Origin: Octopus sinensis
Lineage: Eukaryota
DNA length: 64,000 nt
Reading direction: 5' to 3'
NCBI RefSeq assembly: GCF_006345805.1
Contig: NC_043018.1
Location: forward strand, 7,440,001-7,504,000
Of this stretch, positions 1 to 11,049 are shown piece by piece (positions within the stretch are counted from its first letter, which is position 1; each line of letters opens with the position of its first letter). Below the pieces are notes generated by a model. The model was given only the letters and a program-made list of their open reading frames with translations. It ran no database searches and was not told the DNA's origin. A program made the position numbers and the translations under genes.

Positions 1-115
1 TGAGAGAGACGGATATTGGATACAGAGAGAGAGAGAGAGAGGGAGTGTGTGTGTAGGGAGGTGACGTAGAGAGAGAGACAGACAGACAGATAGACAGAGA
101 GAGAGATAGATAGAT

Positions 116-152
<37 letters not shown>

Positions 153-206
153 GAAATGGAGAGAGATAGATAGAGAGAGGACAGACAGAGAGACAGACAG
201 ACAGAC

Positions 207-260
<54 letters not shown>

Positions 261-1205
261 TGAGAGAGAGATATATATAGAGAGAAATAGAGAGAGTAAT
301 GGAGAGATAGAGATAGAGAGAGAGAGTGTGTAGGTAGATGACGTAGAGAGAGCGAGAGAGAGAGAGACAGACAGACAGAGAGATAAATAGAGAGAGAGAG
401 AGATGGAGAGAGAGAGAGAAAGAAAGAGAGAGAGTGTGTAGGTAAATGACATAGAGAGAGAGAGCATTGGTTAGACAGAAAGTGCTTGTGGGGGATGGAA
501 ATTGAAAGTAATTGTATTGATAGAGAGCGAAGAGAGAGAGAGAGAGAGAGTGTGTGTGTCTTCGAGTGAAAGGAAGGAAGGAGAGAGGGAAAGAGAAAGG
601 GGGTATGTATAAGAGGAGAGAGAATGTAAAAGGGGGTCATATGAGGGGAGTAGAAAAAAAGTAGTTTGAGAATTAAAGAAGGAAAGATGCACAAATAAGG
701 GATAAAAGAGAGAAAGAGAGAGAGAGAGAGAAAGAGAGAGAGAATGAGGGAGAGAGGGGTGAGAGGGGATAAGTGAAAGAGACGGAAGAAGGAATGAGGA
801 GGCGAGAGTTGAGAAAGACAGAGAGAGAGGGAGAAAGAGAGAGGGTGAAAGAGAGAGGAAGAAAGAGAGAGTGGGAGAGGGAGAGCGTGAAGGGAGAGAG
901 AGGGGGAGAGAGAGATGGGGAGAATGAGAGAAAGAGATATAATGAGAGAGAGAGAGTGGTGAGAGGATAAGTGAGAGAGACGGAAGAAGGAATCATAAGG
1001 CGAGAGTTGAGAAAGAGAGAGAGAGAGAGAGAGACAGAGGGAGAGAGGGAGAAAGACAGAGGGAGAAAGAGAGGGTGGGAGAAGGAGAGCGTGAAAGGAG
1101 AGAGAGAGTTAAAAGAAAATGACGCACATACGCATTGTACTGTTTACTGCCGCCATGATGGAAAGAAGAGAAGGAAGGAAGGAAGGAAGGAAGGAAGGAA
1201 GGAAG
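1..1205. repeat. Purine-rich low-complexity tract: (GA)n, (GATA)n, (GACA)n, (GGAA)n
   Basis: Directly visible; the S/L- and R/E-rich ORFs here are artefacts. Confidence 0.95.
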
Positions 1206-1814
1206 GTGTGTAGAATGTAGAGAGGCGGCTAGAAAGATGCGGGTGGACACAAGGGTAATTGTGGATGAAGGCCTAATGAGTACAATGTTTCTTTTCGTTA
1301 ATTAATTTATTGTTTATTTGTTTCGATAATTAGGTTATGGAGAGACGGGCAATGCCCATGGCCTCTCCGTAGGCCCTCCCAGTGCGGATTGATTGATCGT
1401 AGATCGATTGTTCAGTTTTGATCTTATGCAGATCAATATCTATTAAGGAAAACGCAGTGAAAGGAAGCGTGTGGTTTCGGCAGGTTAAGCTCATGTGGGG
1501 AGGAAGGATTTGTTAGGAGAGACAAAATGCCTTTGTTATTGCGGACTTGGAATAGCGGGGTCGAGGAGACAACAGATAGGAGATACATTCTTTATTCACA
1601 CCTCCTCATGTTACAATATTTACCGGTGAGTTGGCAGAGCGCCGGATAAAATGCCTTGCGGTATTCGCTCAAGTCCACTGTGCGCTAAGTTCATAATCTG
1701 CTAATATTGACTTCATCTTTCAAACTTATGTGGCGCCCCATAAAGTCCGGTACATCAAATCGATTCTTCTTTTTTGCCTCCTGCCTGTCTCTCTGTCTCC
1801 TCCTCTCTTTGAAC

Positions 1815-1893
<79 letters not shown>

Positions 1894-1924
1894 TGTGTGT
1901 GTGTATACCGGAGTAAGCAGGTAT

Positions 1925-2060
1925 ATTATTGAATAACAAAGTGGAAAAAAGAGTACTCAAATACCAGATGTAGAGTAATATGCTTTATTTTAAAGCAGCA
2001 GAAATATAACAAAAGCTGTTACTCAGAGTTTCACGGTCCCGTTCATCGGAGAGATTGGTA
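1925..2060 (-). mobile_element. Penelope-like pseudo-LTR fragment with hammerhead-like motif (CCGATGA core)
   Basis: Minus strand CTCT-CCGATGA-ACG GGAC CGT-GAAAC-TCTGA-GTA-ACAG followed by a T-rich tail. Confidence 0.5.
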
Positions 2061-2152
2061 ATATAAATATATATATATATCAATATATATATATATATGT
2101 GTGTGTGTGTATGTGTGTGTGTGTGTGGTTTGTATAATATATATATATATAT

Positions 2153-2207
<55 letters not shown>

Positions 2208-2894
2208 TTAGGGGGATTGCTATATAGGTATGTTATAGAGTTTAGTAAAGGGAGATTTTATCATTATATGATTTATGAGTTTTGTGTTATCATGGTAGGT
2301 TTGTTAAGGAATTCGTAGTAATTTGTGTCTATTTGCGACGTCTGTTTTTTATTGCATTGTTTCATTCATAATTTTTAAGTAGTGTTCGTTTTACCAAGTG
2401 GAATATAATTTTATATTCCATTTATTCTATTTCTCCGTTCATAATTTTAAGTGATGTCCGTTTTCTAGAGCGTGAATGTGGGTTGTATGTGTGTGTGTGT
2501 GGAGTATGAATAAGTATGTGTTGAAGTATTTAGCTATTTTATTTATTTATAGTTGCCTAGACGTTTTTATGTGTATGTATAGGGATATATATAGGGGTGT
2601 GATTTAGTGTATGTAGTTAGATATGGTTATATATAATTAGGTATATGTGGATGGGTGTATATATAGTTTATTATTATATTATTATTATTTTTTTGTTTTG
2701 TTTTATATTTTATATTTTATATTTTAATATTTTATATTTTATGTTGATAGTGTTTTTTTTAGTTTATATATTGTTTTATATTGATTATATATGGATTATA
2801 TAAGTTATATATGGATTATATATTTATAGTTTTTCTTCATACTTTAATTATTTTAAAATTATTATTTTTATATTTTAAAATATTGATATTTAGA

Positions 2895-3028
2895 TTGAAG
2901 TCACCTGAAGATGTCGATCAAGACAAGAAACAATTGTAGTGGCGGTTTTTTGACTATTTATTAAAATTTTATGTATTGATTAAGTCTTTCCTTGTTTGTT
3001 TTGCAAAATAGTGGTTTTGTCTCTAATA

Positions 3029-3036
<8 letters not shown>
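2895..3036 (+). mobile_element. Penelope-like pseudo-LTR (same family as 62803-63053)
   Basis: Near-identical to reverse complement of 62803-62945 and to 62972-63053. Confidence 0.7.
2900..2943 (+). ncRNA. Minimal type I hammerhead ribozyme motif in a Penelope-like pseudo-LTR
   Basis: GTCAC / CTGAAGA / TGTC-GATCAA-GACA A / GAAAC / AATT / GTA / GTGGC; stem I 5 bp, palindromic stem III (CAATTG); one unpaired A in stem II. Confidence 0.7.
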
Positions 3037-3059
<23 letters not shown>

Positions 3060-3071
<12 letters not shown>

Positions 3072-3080
3072 GTATGAATG

Positions 3081-3172
<92 letters not shown>
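3060..3172. repeat. (TATG)n/(GATA)n microsatellite
   Basis: Directly visible. Confidence 0.95.
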
Positions 3173-3173
<1 letters not shown>

Positions 3174-3519
3174 GCGTGGGCCTAGCTAAAAAATGAAAAG
3201 TACTAAATAGCGAAGAAAAACATATGAAATATGGCGTATCTGCGGAATAAACCACGCTAATTCAGTCTCTGACTATGCTTGGTCATGAGCCATTTATACA
3301 TCTACTTACAAGTGATTCCAACGCTACTGCTTTGGTAAGTACAGTGAGAGTCTATATTTTGCTGAGAAAGTCGAACAAGGAAGAAATATGTCTGAAGTTA
3401 TTTCCCGTGTTTGTCGCAATTATCTAATCGAACTTGCTCGTCTATGCGGTAATTTCCCTTTGCAATATATTTTCTAAAATCTACTGTAGTTCTAGAGTAC
3501 CATAGTACCCCAATAATAT

Positions 3520-4065
3520 AGAAAGCCATGGAAAGGTCGATGCTGGGAATCTCGTTAAGAGATCGTATCCGGAACGAGGAGCTCAGGGATAGAACTGGAG
3601 TGAAGGACGTCGTCGCAGAATACCTATTTCTTTATTACTCACAAGGGGCTAAACAAAGAGGGGACAAACAAGGACAGATAAAGGAATTAAGTAGATTATA
3701 TCGACCCCAGTGCGTTACTGGTACTTAATTTATCGACCCCGAAAGGATGAAAGGCAAAGTTCACCTCGGCGGAATTTGAACTCAGAACGTAACAGCAGAC
3801 GAAATGCCACTAAACATTTCGCCCGGCGTGCTAACCTTTCTACCAGCTCACAGAATACCACTACGCAAAGCTACGATGGGTCACTCATGTCACAAGGCTC
3901 ACAGCTGTCGAGTGGTACCTGCATGACCGGAAGTGACAACTCGGAAGACCACCAATCAGGTGGGAAGATGATTTTGAAAAAAGAAATGTTTGCAGCAACG
4001 TGGAGGAGAACGGCAAGAGCACGAGGAGAATGGACCGAATGCTGTGATCAGCGGTCGACTAGGCA
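3520..4065 (+). pseudogene. RTE-clade LINE C-terminal fragment interrupted by a SINE
   Basis: MERSMLGISLRDRIRNEELRDRTGVKDVVAEY continues in frame as HYAKLRWVTHVTRL after the SINE is removed, then GRPPIRWEDD and WRRTARARGEW. Confidence 0.8.
3624..3850 (-). mobile_element. SINE family A (tRNA head + GCCTTTCATCCTTTCGGGGTCGAT central domain)
   Basis: Matches many copies in window; 8-bp TSD CAGAATAC at 3616-3623 and 3851-3858. Confidence 0.85.
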
Positions 4066-4371
4066 CCAGATAGCCTGGGTGATCCAGCTGATTTGGATCA
4101 GTACATTTAATCCTAAATACTAGATGACTTAGTTTTTCTCAGTGTTTTATCAGCAGATCATTTGAGAAACTTATATTTGGTAACACGTATGAAGTTCTCT
4201 TCAGGTCGAAATTCATTTCACACCATTCCTGTTGTGAGTGGTAGGGTTAATCCCTCACTTAAACTTAAACACTATAACTACCAACTGACTGCTTGGTATC
4301 TTTACTGGAGTTCAGTTTTGTTACGGAGATTTGAACTAGTTTATTTCTGATCCGTAAACAGCATTATGTGA

Positions 4372-4620
4372 AGGCACGTGGTTGAGTGTTTAGGGTGTTA
4401 CACTCACGAGCACAAGTTTGTGGTTTCGATTCCCAGACCGGCCGAGCGTTGTGTTCTTGAGCAAAGCACTTCTTTTCACTTTGCTGCAGTCCACTGGGTT
4501 GTAATTGGGTAACCCTGCAACGGACTGCCTAGCCAGTGGGGTGGCATCATTCGAAAGCTAGAACAATGCGAAGAAACGCATTGTGATCAGCGTTGTATAA
4601 CAGCATCCGGTAGTCTGATC
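4372..4620 (+). mobile_element. SINE family C (tRNA head, TTGTGTTCTTGAGCAAA domain)
   Basis: A/B-box-like head GTGGTTGAGTG...GTTTCGATTCCC; shared with 26728, 34536, 34986. Confidence 0.7.
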
Positions 4621-4724
4621 GATGCAGCAATACAATGAAATAATGCTATAATTTTAGCACCTACTGTAGGAAATCGAAACATTAATGACACGTGGACCCT
4701 TTTATTTGTTACCTCTTCTTCCAG

Positions 4725-4868
4725 TCAGTCGCAATACCATCGATGATTCCATACCACTTGACTCCCAATCCCGACCCATCTCGGAATTCTGTGAAAAAGA
4801 CCTGATCGTTGTTGCGCCATATTCCATTGCAAAATTATATAAAATATCTCCCGGGACACCGAAACCAA
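4725..4868 (+). other. Candidate 144-bp phase 1-1 coding exon of an unidentified gene
   Basis: Polypyrimidine tract + CAG, one open frame (SRNTIDDSIPLDSQSRPISEFCEKDLIVVAPYSIAKLYKISPGTPKP), weak AA|GTTTCA donor; no homology recognised. Confidence 0.2.
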
Positions 4869-5589
4869 GTTTCATCAATCTTTTATATACATTTCTGTTC
4901 TGAGACGATGTTTATCGTTTTACAATAGGGAGCTGAAGTAAGGGAGCTAGAGTAGCCCCTCTTACAGCACCTTTTACAGCAGCCCCTCTTGCAGCACCTT
5001 GAGGGATTTGAAAGGACATTTACCTTTTTTAGAGTTGAGAGCAGAAACAAAGCAACTGAAGCTAAGCAGCGGTCTGTTTTTAAAGTACCTCAGGGGTTTA
5101 GGAAGACACTTATCTCTTTAGATAAAAGAATAGAAGGAGCACATTTGCTGTTTAACAACTCCGTTTACGATACATTGGGGGTTTAAAAGCACATTTAATG
5201 TTCTTCAATAGGAATCAACTTGCAGTTAAAAATAAAGGAAAAAAGCTGAGATGAACTTAAAAATGTTTAAAAAAAAAAAAATCAAAAAATTTAAAAGGAT
5301 GAAAAACTAGAAACAAAAGACTGGAGCCAAGAATAAAATGATATAAAAAATAAATCTGAAGATGAATAAAACATAAGTGTGAAATCATGAGAGACAAAAG
5401 AAAGAGAGCTGCGTGCCGGGTTTTGTGAAAAACCATGAAACGACGTGTGGAGTCTTTACGCTGATGTTGCATCGACGGGAAATGCTTGCAAAACCTTTGA
5501 GTCGCTCCCGCCGTTTCTGCATGGGGAAAAAATATCTCTGATGTTTACTTCACTTGCCTCAGATCACAAAAGAAAGCACAGACACACAC

Positions 5590-5653
5590 ACTCTCTTTCT
5601 CTCTCTTTATCTCGCTATATCTCTTTCTTTGTTTATCCCTATATCTATCCCTG

Positions 5654-5720
<67 letters not shown>

Positions 5721-5856
5721 GTCTGTCTATCTATCCTCTCTCCCTCCCTCCCTCCTTCCCTCATTCCTCTGTCTATCAATCTATCTATCTATCTATCTAT
5801 CTACCTATCTATCAATCTATCTATCTATCTACCTATCTATCTATCTATCTACCTAC

Positions 5857-5918
<62 letters not shown>

Positions 5919-5938
5919 GTCCATCTCTGTCTGTCTGT

Positions 5939-5972
<34 letters not shown>
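5590..5972. repeat. (CT)n/(TATC)n microsatellite
   Basis: Directly visible. Confidence 0.95.
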
Positions 5973-6070
5973 AGGGAATGGAGCAGGTAAAAATCCACGC
6001 TACATGTTTCCTAGCTAGTAGATCCTCGGAAGTAATAATTACTACTCCCCAGGCCGAAGATATTTTCATT

Positions 6071-6480
6071 ATAGGCGCAGGAGTGGCTGTGTGGTAAGTA
6101 GCTTGCTAACCAACCACATGGTTCCGGGTTCAGTCCCACTGCGTGGCATCTTGGGCAAGTGCCTTCTGCTATAGCCCCGGGCCGACCAATGCCTTGTGAG
6201 TGGATTGGTAGACGGAAACTGAAAGAAGCCTGTCGTATATATGTGTATATATATGTATGTGTGTTGTTTGTGTGTCTGTGCTTGTCCCCCAGCATTGCTT
6301 GACAACCGATGCTGGTGTGTTTATGTCCCCGTTACTTAGCGGTTCGGCAAAGAGACCGATAGCATAAGTACGGGCTTACAAAAAAAGAATAAGTCCCGGG
6401 TCGAGTCGCTCGACTAAGGCGGTGCTCCAGCATGGCCGCAATCAAAGGACTGAAACAAGTAAAAGAGTAAAAGAGTAAGA
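6071..6480 (+). mobile_element. SINE family B (tRNA head, CORE-like ACCTTGGGCAAGT segment, internal TA/TG microsatellite, (GTAAAAGA)n tail)
   Basis: ATAGGCGCAGGAGTGGCTGTGTGG head; near-identical to 47566-47990 and 60631-61105. Confidence 0.85.
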
Positions 6481-6640
6481 GTTACATTGTCTTTAAGGAG
6501 TCCCAAGTTCACTCGCCGGGGAAAGATGGAGAGGGACAAAGTCTAAATAGAAGCTGACTTTAGGGGAAAGTCGTTGCGACTATCAAGATGGGGGTCTCTT
6601 TAGAATGTCAACTGTAAATATGTTGTCGCATGCACGCGTA

Positions 6641-6680
<40 letters not shown>

Positions 6681-6835
6681 TTATGAGAGGTAATGGTGTC
6701 AGTGAGACCCAAAGGTGTCAGGTAATACTGAACAAGTGCTATGGAAATACCATAGTTAAGTTCCAGATTCGGCGATTATGCGAATAAAGGGACCAACTTA
6801 GGTCATATATCAGCGTGTGTAACCAAAAAGTTTTT

Positions 6836-7155
6836 TCGAAATGAGATAAAAAAAAATCAAGGCTGTGTAGATTTTAGAACATTTATAAATAGGCTTTACA
6901 GCTGTTTCTATGATATTTATTATATCCCTTCATCGGAGACGGTGTGAGAAGATGCTTAAGCAATAGTTAATTTAGATAAGATACGAAATAGAGAGTGAGG
7001 TGGAGGAATGAAAATATTGCTAAATTAACTATTGCTTAACCATCTTCTCACACCGTCTCCGATGAAGGGATATAATAAATATTCTAGAAACAGCCAGCCG
7101 TAAGAGCTTCTATTTATAAATGTTCTACACAGCGCTTTTTTTTATCTCATAACGA
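6836..7155. mobile_element. Inverted pair of Penelope-like pseudo-LTR segments with hammerhead-like cores
   Basis: 6836-6975 is the reverse complement of 7020-7155; each arm has CCGATGAA...GAAAC...GTA. Confidence 0.65.
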
Positions 7156-7215
<60 letters not shown>

Positions 7216-7509
7216 GTCTGGAGAGGTGATGATCCCCAAATGGACTGGGGTCGGATACTAATCAGTCGAACCAGTTGGTTGGTCCTTGTACCAATGAAGG
7301 GATCAGGTGCGCCGTACAGCCGTCGAGAAATTACACTCACCACCCATCGAAGCAGTGCGCATTTTCTCCTGCTGACCCTGAAGCCTACTTATATCTGGTA
7401 TGCGGAGATTTCGACCGACTACACTTGCAAAAGCAAGCTCTTACTAAGTCTATATGCATATGAGTGTGTATGTATATATGTATATATATGTACGTATGTG
7501 TGTATGTAT

Positions 7510-7705
7510 GAGAACAGTCCACTTAGCTATCAAAAACGAGTTGTCCCCGTAATTCAAAGGGCCAGCCTTGTTACATCCTGTGTCACGTTGAATCTCCTTG
7601 AAAACTATGTTAAGGATACACGGGACTGTGGGGTGCTCAGCCATTTGCGCATTAATTATATGAGCAGGCTGATCAACTGGAATCCCCATCGTTGTAACCT
7701 ACAGA
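7510..7705 (+). mobile_element. SINE family C, 3' portion
   Basis: TTCAAAGGGCCAGCCTTGT...GATCAACTGGAA shared with 33980-34165 and 36950-37160. Confidence 0.7.
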
Positions 7706-7730
7706 GTACCAGTATATTTATGCATTATAA

Positions 7731-7920
7731 GGCGGCGAGCTGGCAGATACGTTAACACGCCGTCTGTCTTTATGTTCTGAGTTCAAATTCCACAGAGATC
7801 GACTTTGCTTTCATCCTTTCGGGGTCGATAATTAAGCACCAGTTACGCACTGGGGTCGATATAATCGACTGCCCTCTCCGTCCCACAAAATTTCCGGCCT
7901 TGTGCCTGGAGTAGAAAAGA
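7731..7920 (+). mobile_element. SINE family A
   Basis: GGCGGCGAGCTGGCAG head, GTTCAAATTCC B box, central domain. Confidence 0.85.
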
Positions 7921-8169
7921 GTATATTAACGCATTTGAGTGATATTTTATACGGTTCTTGGTGAATTCGTCTACAGCAATTTATGTGTGTAGCTTTGTAT
8001 ATGTGTGGTTGTATGTGTGTGCTTGTGGTTGTAGATAAATAGCTGTAGGTGAATTGTTGTAGACGAGTTGTTGTAGACAAATTCGCCGGATACCATTTTA
8101 TACCATTATTTCTATAAACTGTCCTAGATTTGAATGGAATTATGGTTACGATGTGCCACATGAAAGGTC

Positions 8170-8550
8170 GTTTGTTATGTGAGACTTTAAACCTTCACAC
8201 TCTGAAGTATCTTAGGTAAGTGTCTGCTGCTAAAGCCTTGGACCAATAAATGTCTTGTGAGTTAATTTGGTTGATGGTAACTGAATGGAAACCCTTCGTT
8301 TATATGTGTGAATATGTATTCGTCTTTGTATCTGCGTTTGTCTCTCCTCCCCACACACACCACTCGTCTACTGTTGTTGGTATTTTTACGTCCCAAAACT
8401 CAGTGGCTCTGTAAAAGAGAACGATAAAAGAAGTACCAGGTTTAAACGGCAGGAAACTAAGTATTGAGATCGATTTGTTAGATTGAAAACCCTTCAACGT
8501 GGTGCCCCAGCATGGTCGCAGTCAAATAATTGAAACGAGTAAAAAAAAAA
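8170..8550 (+). mobile_element. SINE family B, degenerate
   Basis: GGTGCCCCAGCATGGTCGCAGTCAAAT..GAAACGAGTAAAA tail. Confidence 0.6.
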
Positions 8551-8723
8551 AGAAAAACGAAGATACACGTGGGAGAAAGTAGCTGGTGCTAATACATTAT
8601 CAACGATTTGGCTAGCTTTTATATATATTTTGCTTTTGCAGCTGGTGTTTGTCTTGCGTCTATCGATTTTATGCCCCTCGATAATACGTAGAAAAAGCAT
8701 AACTTTTCTTTGATAATTTCAAA

Positions 8724-9009
8724 TTAGAATATAATGCAACTGAAGTTAGCGAAAAGCCCATCAATTTGGCTTGTGTGTGTGTGTATGTGTGTGTTTGTGT
8801 GTGTGTGTGTGAGTTATACTAAGTCGCGAAGTGTAGTAGTGGAACTCTGGAGACAACGACGTTGAGAGAGAAAAACGAGATACCAAAATTGTGCCAGAAA
8901 TGAAGAATTAAAGACAACTGGTAGAAAGGAAATAATATTCTTACAAAGTATTCTACGCGTCGACAAAATTATTATAGAAGACGAAGATAAAATTATGTAC
9001 CGGTGAAAT
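8724..9009 (+). repeat. ~280-bp segment duplicated at 10507-10777
   Basis: TTAGAATATAATGCAAC...ATGTACCGGTGAAAT present in both places. Confidence 0.9.
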
Positions 9010-9069
9010 CCTCGGGCTGCAGGTATAATACCACTGCTTGGCACTTTGGGCAAGTTCACATATACATTT

Positions 9070-9720
9070 ATTCAGCCCTAGACCCAACATGCTTGAATTC
9101 CTCTAAGCATTGATTTTCGCTCGAAACCATGCAAATATCCCACGATCTGTCATAGATATAATTCTGGCAGCAAGGAAAACTCTTGATTTCAAGAATAATA
9201 ACTGTACTCGGAATAATTCTATTGACTATTTTGATATAACAATGGGTTCTTCTGACTCAGCCCAAGTTACGGACCTCGTGGATCTGTTTCTTCTCTCACA
9301 GATCAAGCAGCACTTCCTTAATATATCTGGTGGAGTCTACAGAGATGATGCACTCCTTAAAACTAGAGGAGTATCTCGACCAGCGGTTGAATGAACGGAA
9401 AAATCTTTAAAAACTTTTTTGGGAAAATTACAATCATGGTATCTCATCTGAAATAAATACCAATGTGATAAATGTTTTGGATCGTACACTCAATTTAAAT
9501 ACAAATTTATACTATTCATTTCACAAGCCCGACCAAACCTTTCAGTATATATACGTCCTTTCAAATTATCCTTGAATAACCCTTGACAGCATAATTACAG
9601 GCATTTCAATAAGAATCTCTAATTTATCAGCTAATGAGGAAATACTTAAAATACACGCCCCTTACTATTATCAGGCTCTACAATTAAGCAGACTCCGAGA
9701 AAAAATATTCTATATCCGTG
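9070..9720 (+). pseudogene. Penelope-like element reverse transcriptase fragment
   Basis: ALIFARNH..IILAARKTL..FDITMGSSDSAQVTDLVDLFLL..GVYRDDALL, then VINVLDRTLNL..FHKPDQ..SNYP*..RISNLSANEE..APYYYQAL; frameshifts and stops. Confidence 0.85.
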
Positions 9721-10289
9721 ATGCTAAACTGAAAACCAAAATAGCAAATCTCTTCCCCGAAACAAATCCTGGCCTTATAAGCACGGCCTCCATTTCAAAT
9801 CAACTAAACAGTCACATAAAATCACATCATAAGCCATCTATTAGGTCGTCAAGTATGAAATTTGTAGAAAAGAAAAGTAAGTTTGTTAATGTTTTATAAA
9901 TACAAGGAATAGTTTTATTCATCGAAGCATGCACCCATATTGTCAATACACTTTTGCCATTTCAGCGGTAGCTTGCTCAGCCCGGAACTGTAAAAGTCTG
10001 GCAATCTAGAGTCAATACAATCTTGGAAGGCCTGTTTTACAGCATCATCGGAATTGAATTTTTTCCTACCGAAAAGCTATCCAAATTCTGGAAGAATTGG
10101 TAGTCTGAGTTCGAATGTCCCTGAGGATGACTCTTATCCTTTGATCTTCTCGGGATTGATAAAATGCGCTTCCGCTAAGCAGCAGGGTCGATGTAATTGG
10201 CCATCGTGTTCCCTGCCAAAATTCGAGGCCTTGTACCTTTAAATTAAACTCTGTCTCCCGTCGAGTGCGTGCGTACATGTATGCGTATG

Positions 10290-10830
10290 TATGTATGTAT
10301 GTATGTATGTATGTATGTATGTATGTATATGTTTGTCATCCACCCTACACCGCTTGACGATAAATATTAATTTGTTTATCACCGCGTAGCCTAACTGTTC
10401 AGCGAAAGATATCGATAAAATATATACCACACTTAAAAATATAAGCAACTATGATATGAATTCTGGGGTTAATTAGTTCGACTAAAACCCTTCAAGTTTA
10501 GAGGAATTAGAATATAATGCAACTGAAGTTAGCAAAACGCCCATCAATTTGGCTTGCGTGTGTGTGTATGTGTGTGTGAGTTGTACTAAGTCGCGAAGTG
10601 TAGTAGTGGAACTCTGGAGACAACGACGTTGAGAGAGAAAAACGAGAAATACCAATATCTGCCAAAAATGAAGAATTAAAGACAACTGGTAGAAAGGAAA
10701 TAATATTCTTACAAAGTATTCTACGCGTCGACAAAATTATAATAGAAAACGAAGATAAAATTATGTACCGGTGAAATTATATACCCCAGCATAGCTGCAG
10801 TCCAATGACTGAAACGTATAAAAGACGGTA
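10290..10830 (+). mobile_element. SINE family B remnant split by the duplicated segment 10507-10777
   Basis: GACTAAAACCCTTCAAG before the insert and CCCCAGCATAGCTGCAGTCCAATGACTGAAAC after it. Confidence 0.6.
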
Positions 10831-11049
10831 AAGTTAAGGAATATATAATCCTATCAAAGTGACAAATAATCAATGGTGCCCCGAAGGCGGTGTTTGCGTT
10901 TGGTTTTGTCCTTGATGACCGGAATGATCACGTGAGATTAAAAAAAGATCTGAAGAAAAATCATTGGAATATAATGACGTTAAAGATTTCTGCTATAACG
11001 AGCACAAGGACACTAAGTTTGAGGGCGGGGATGGGATGGGGGCATCTAA

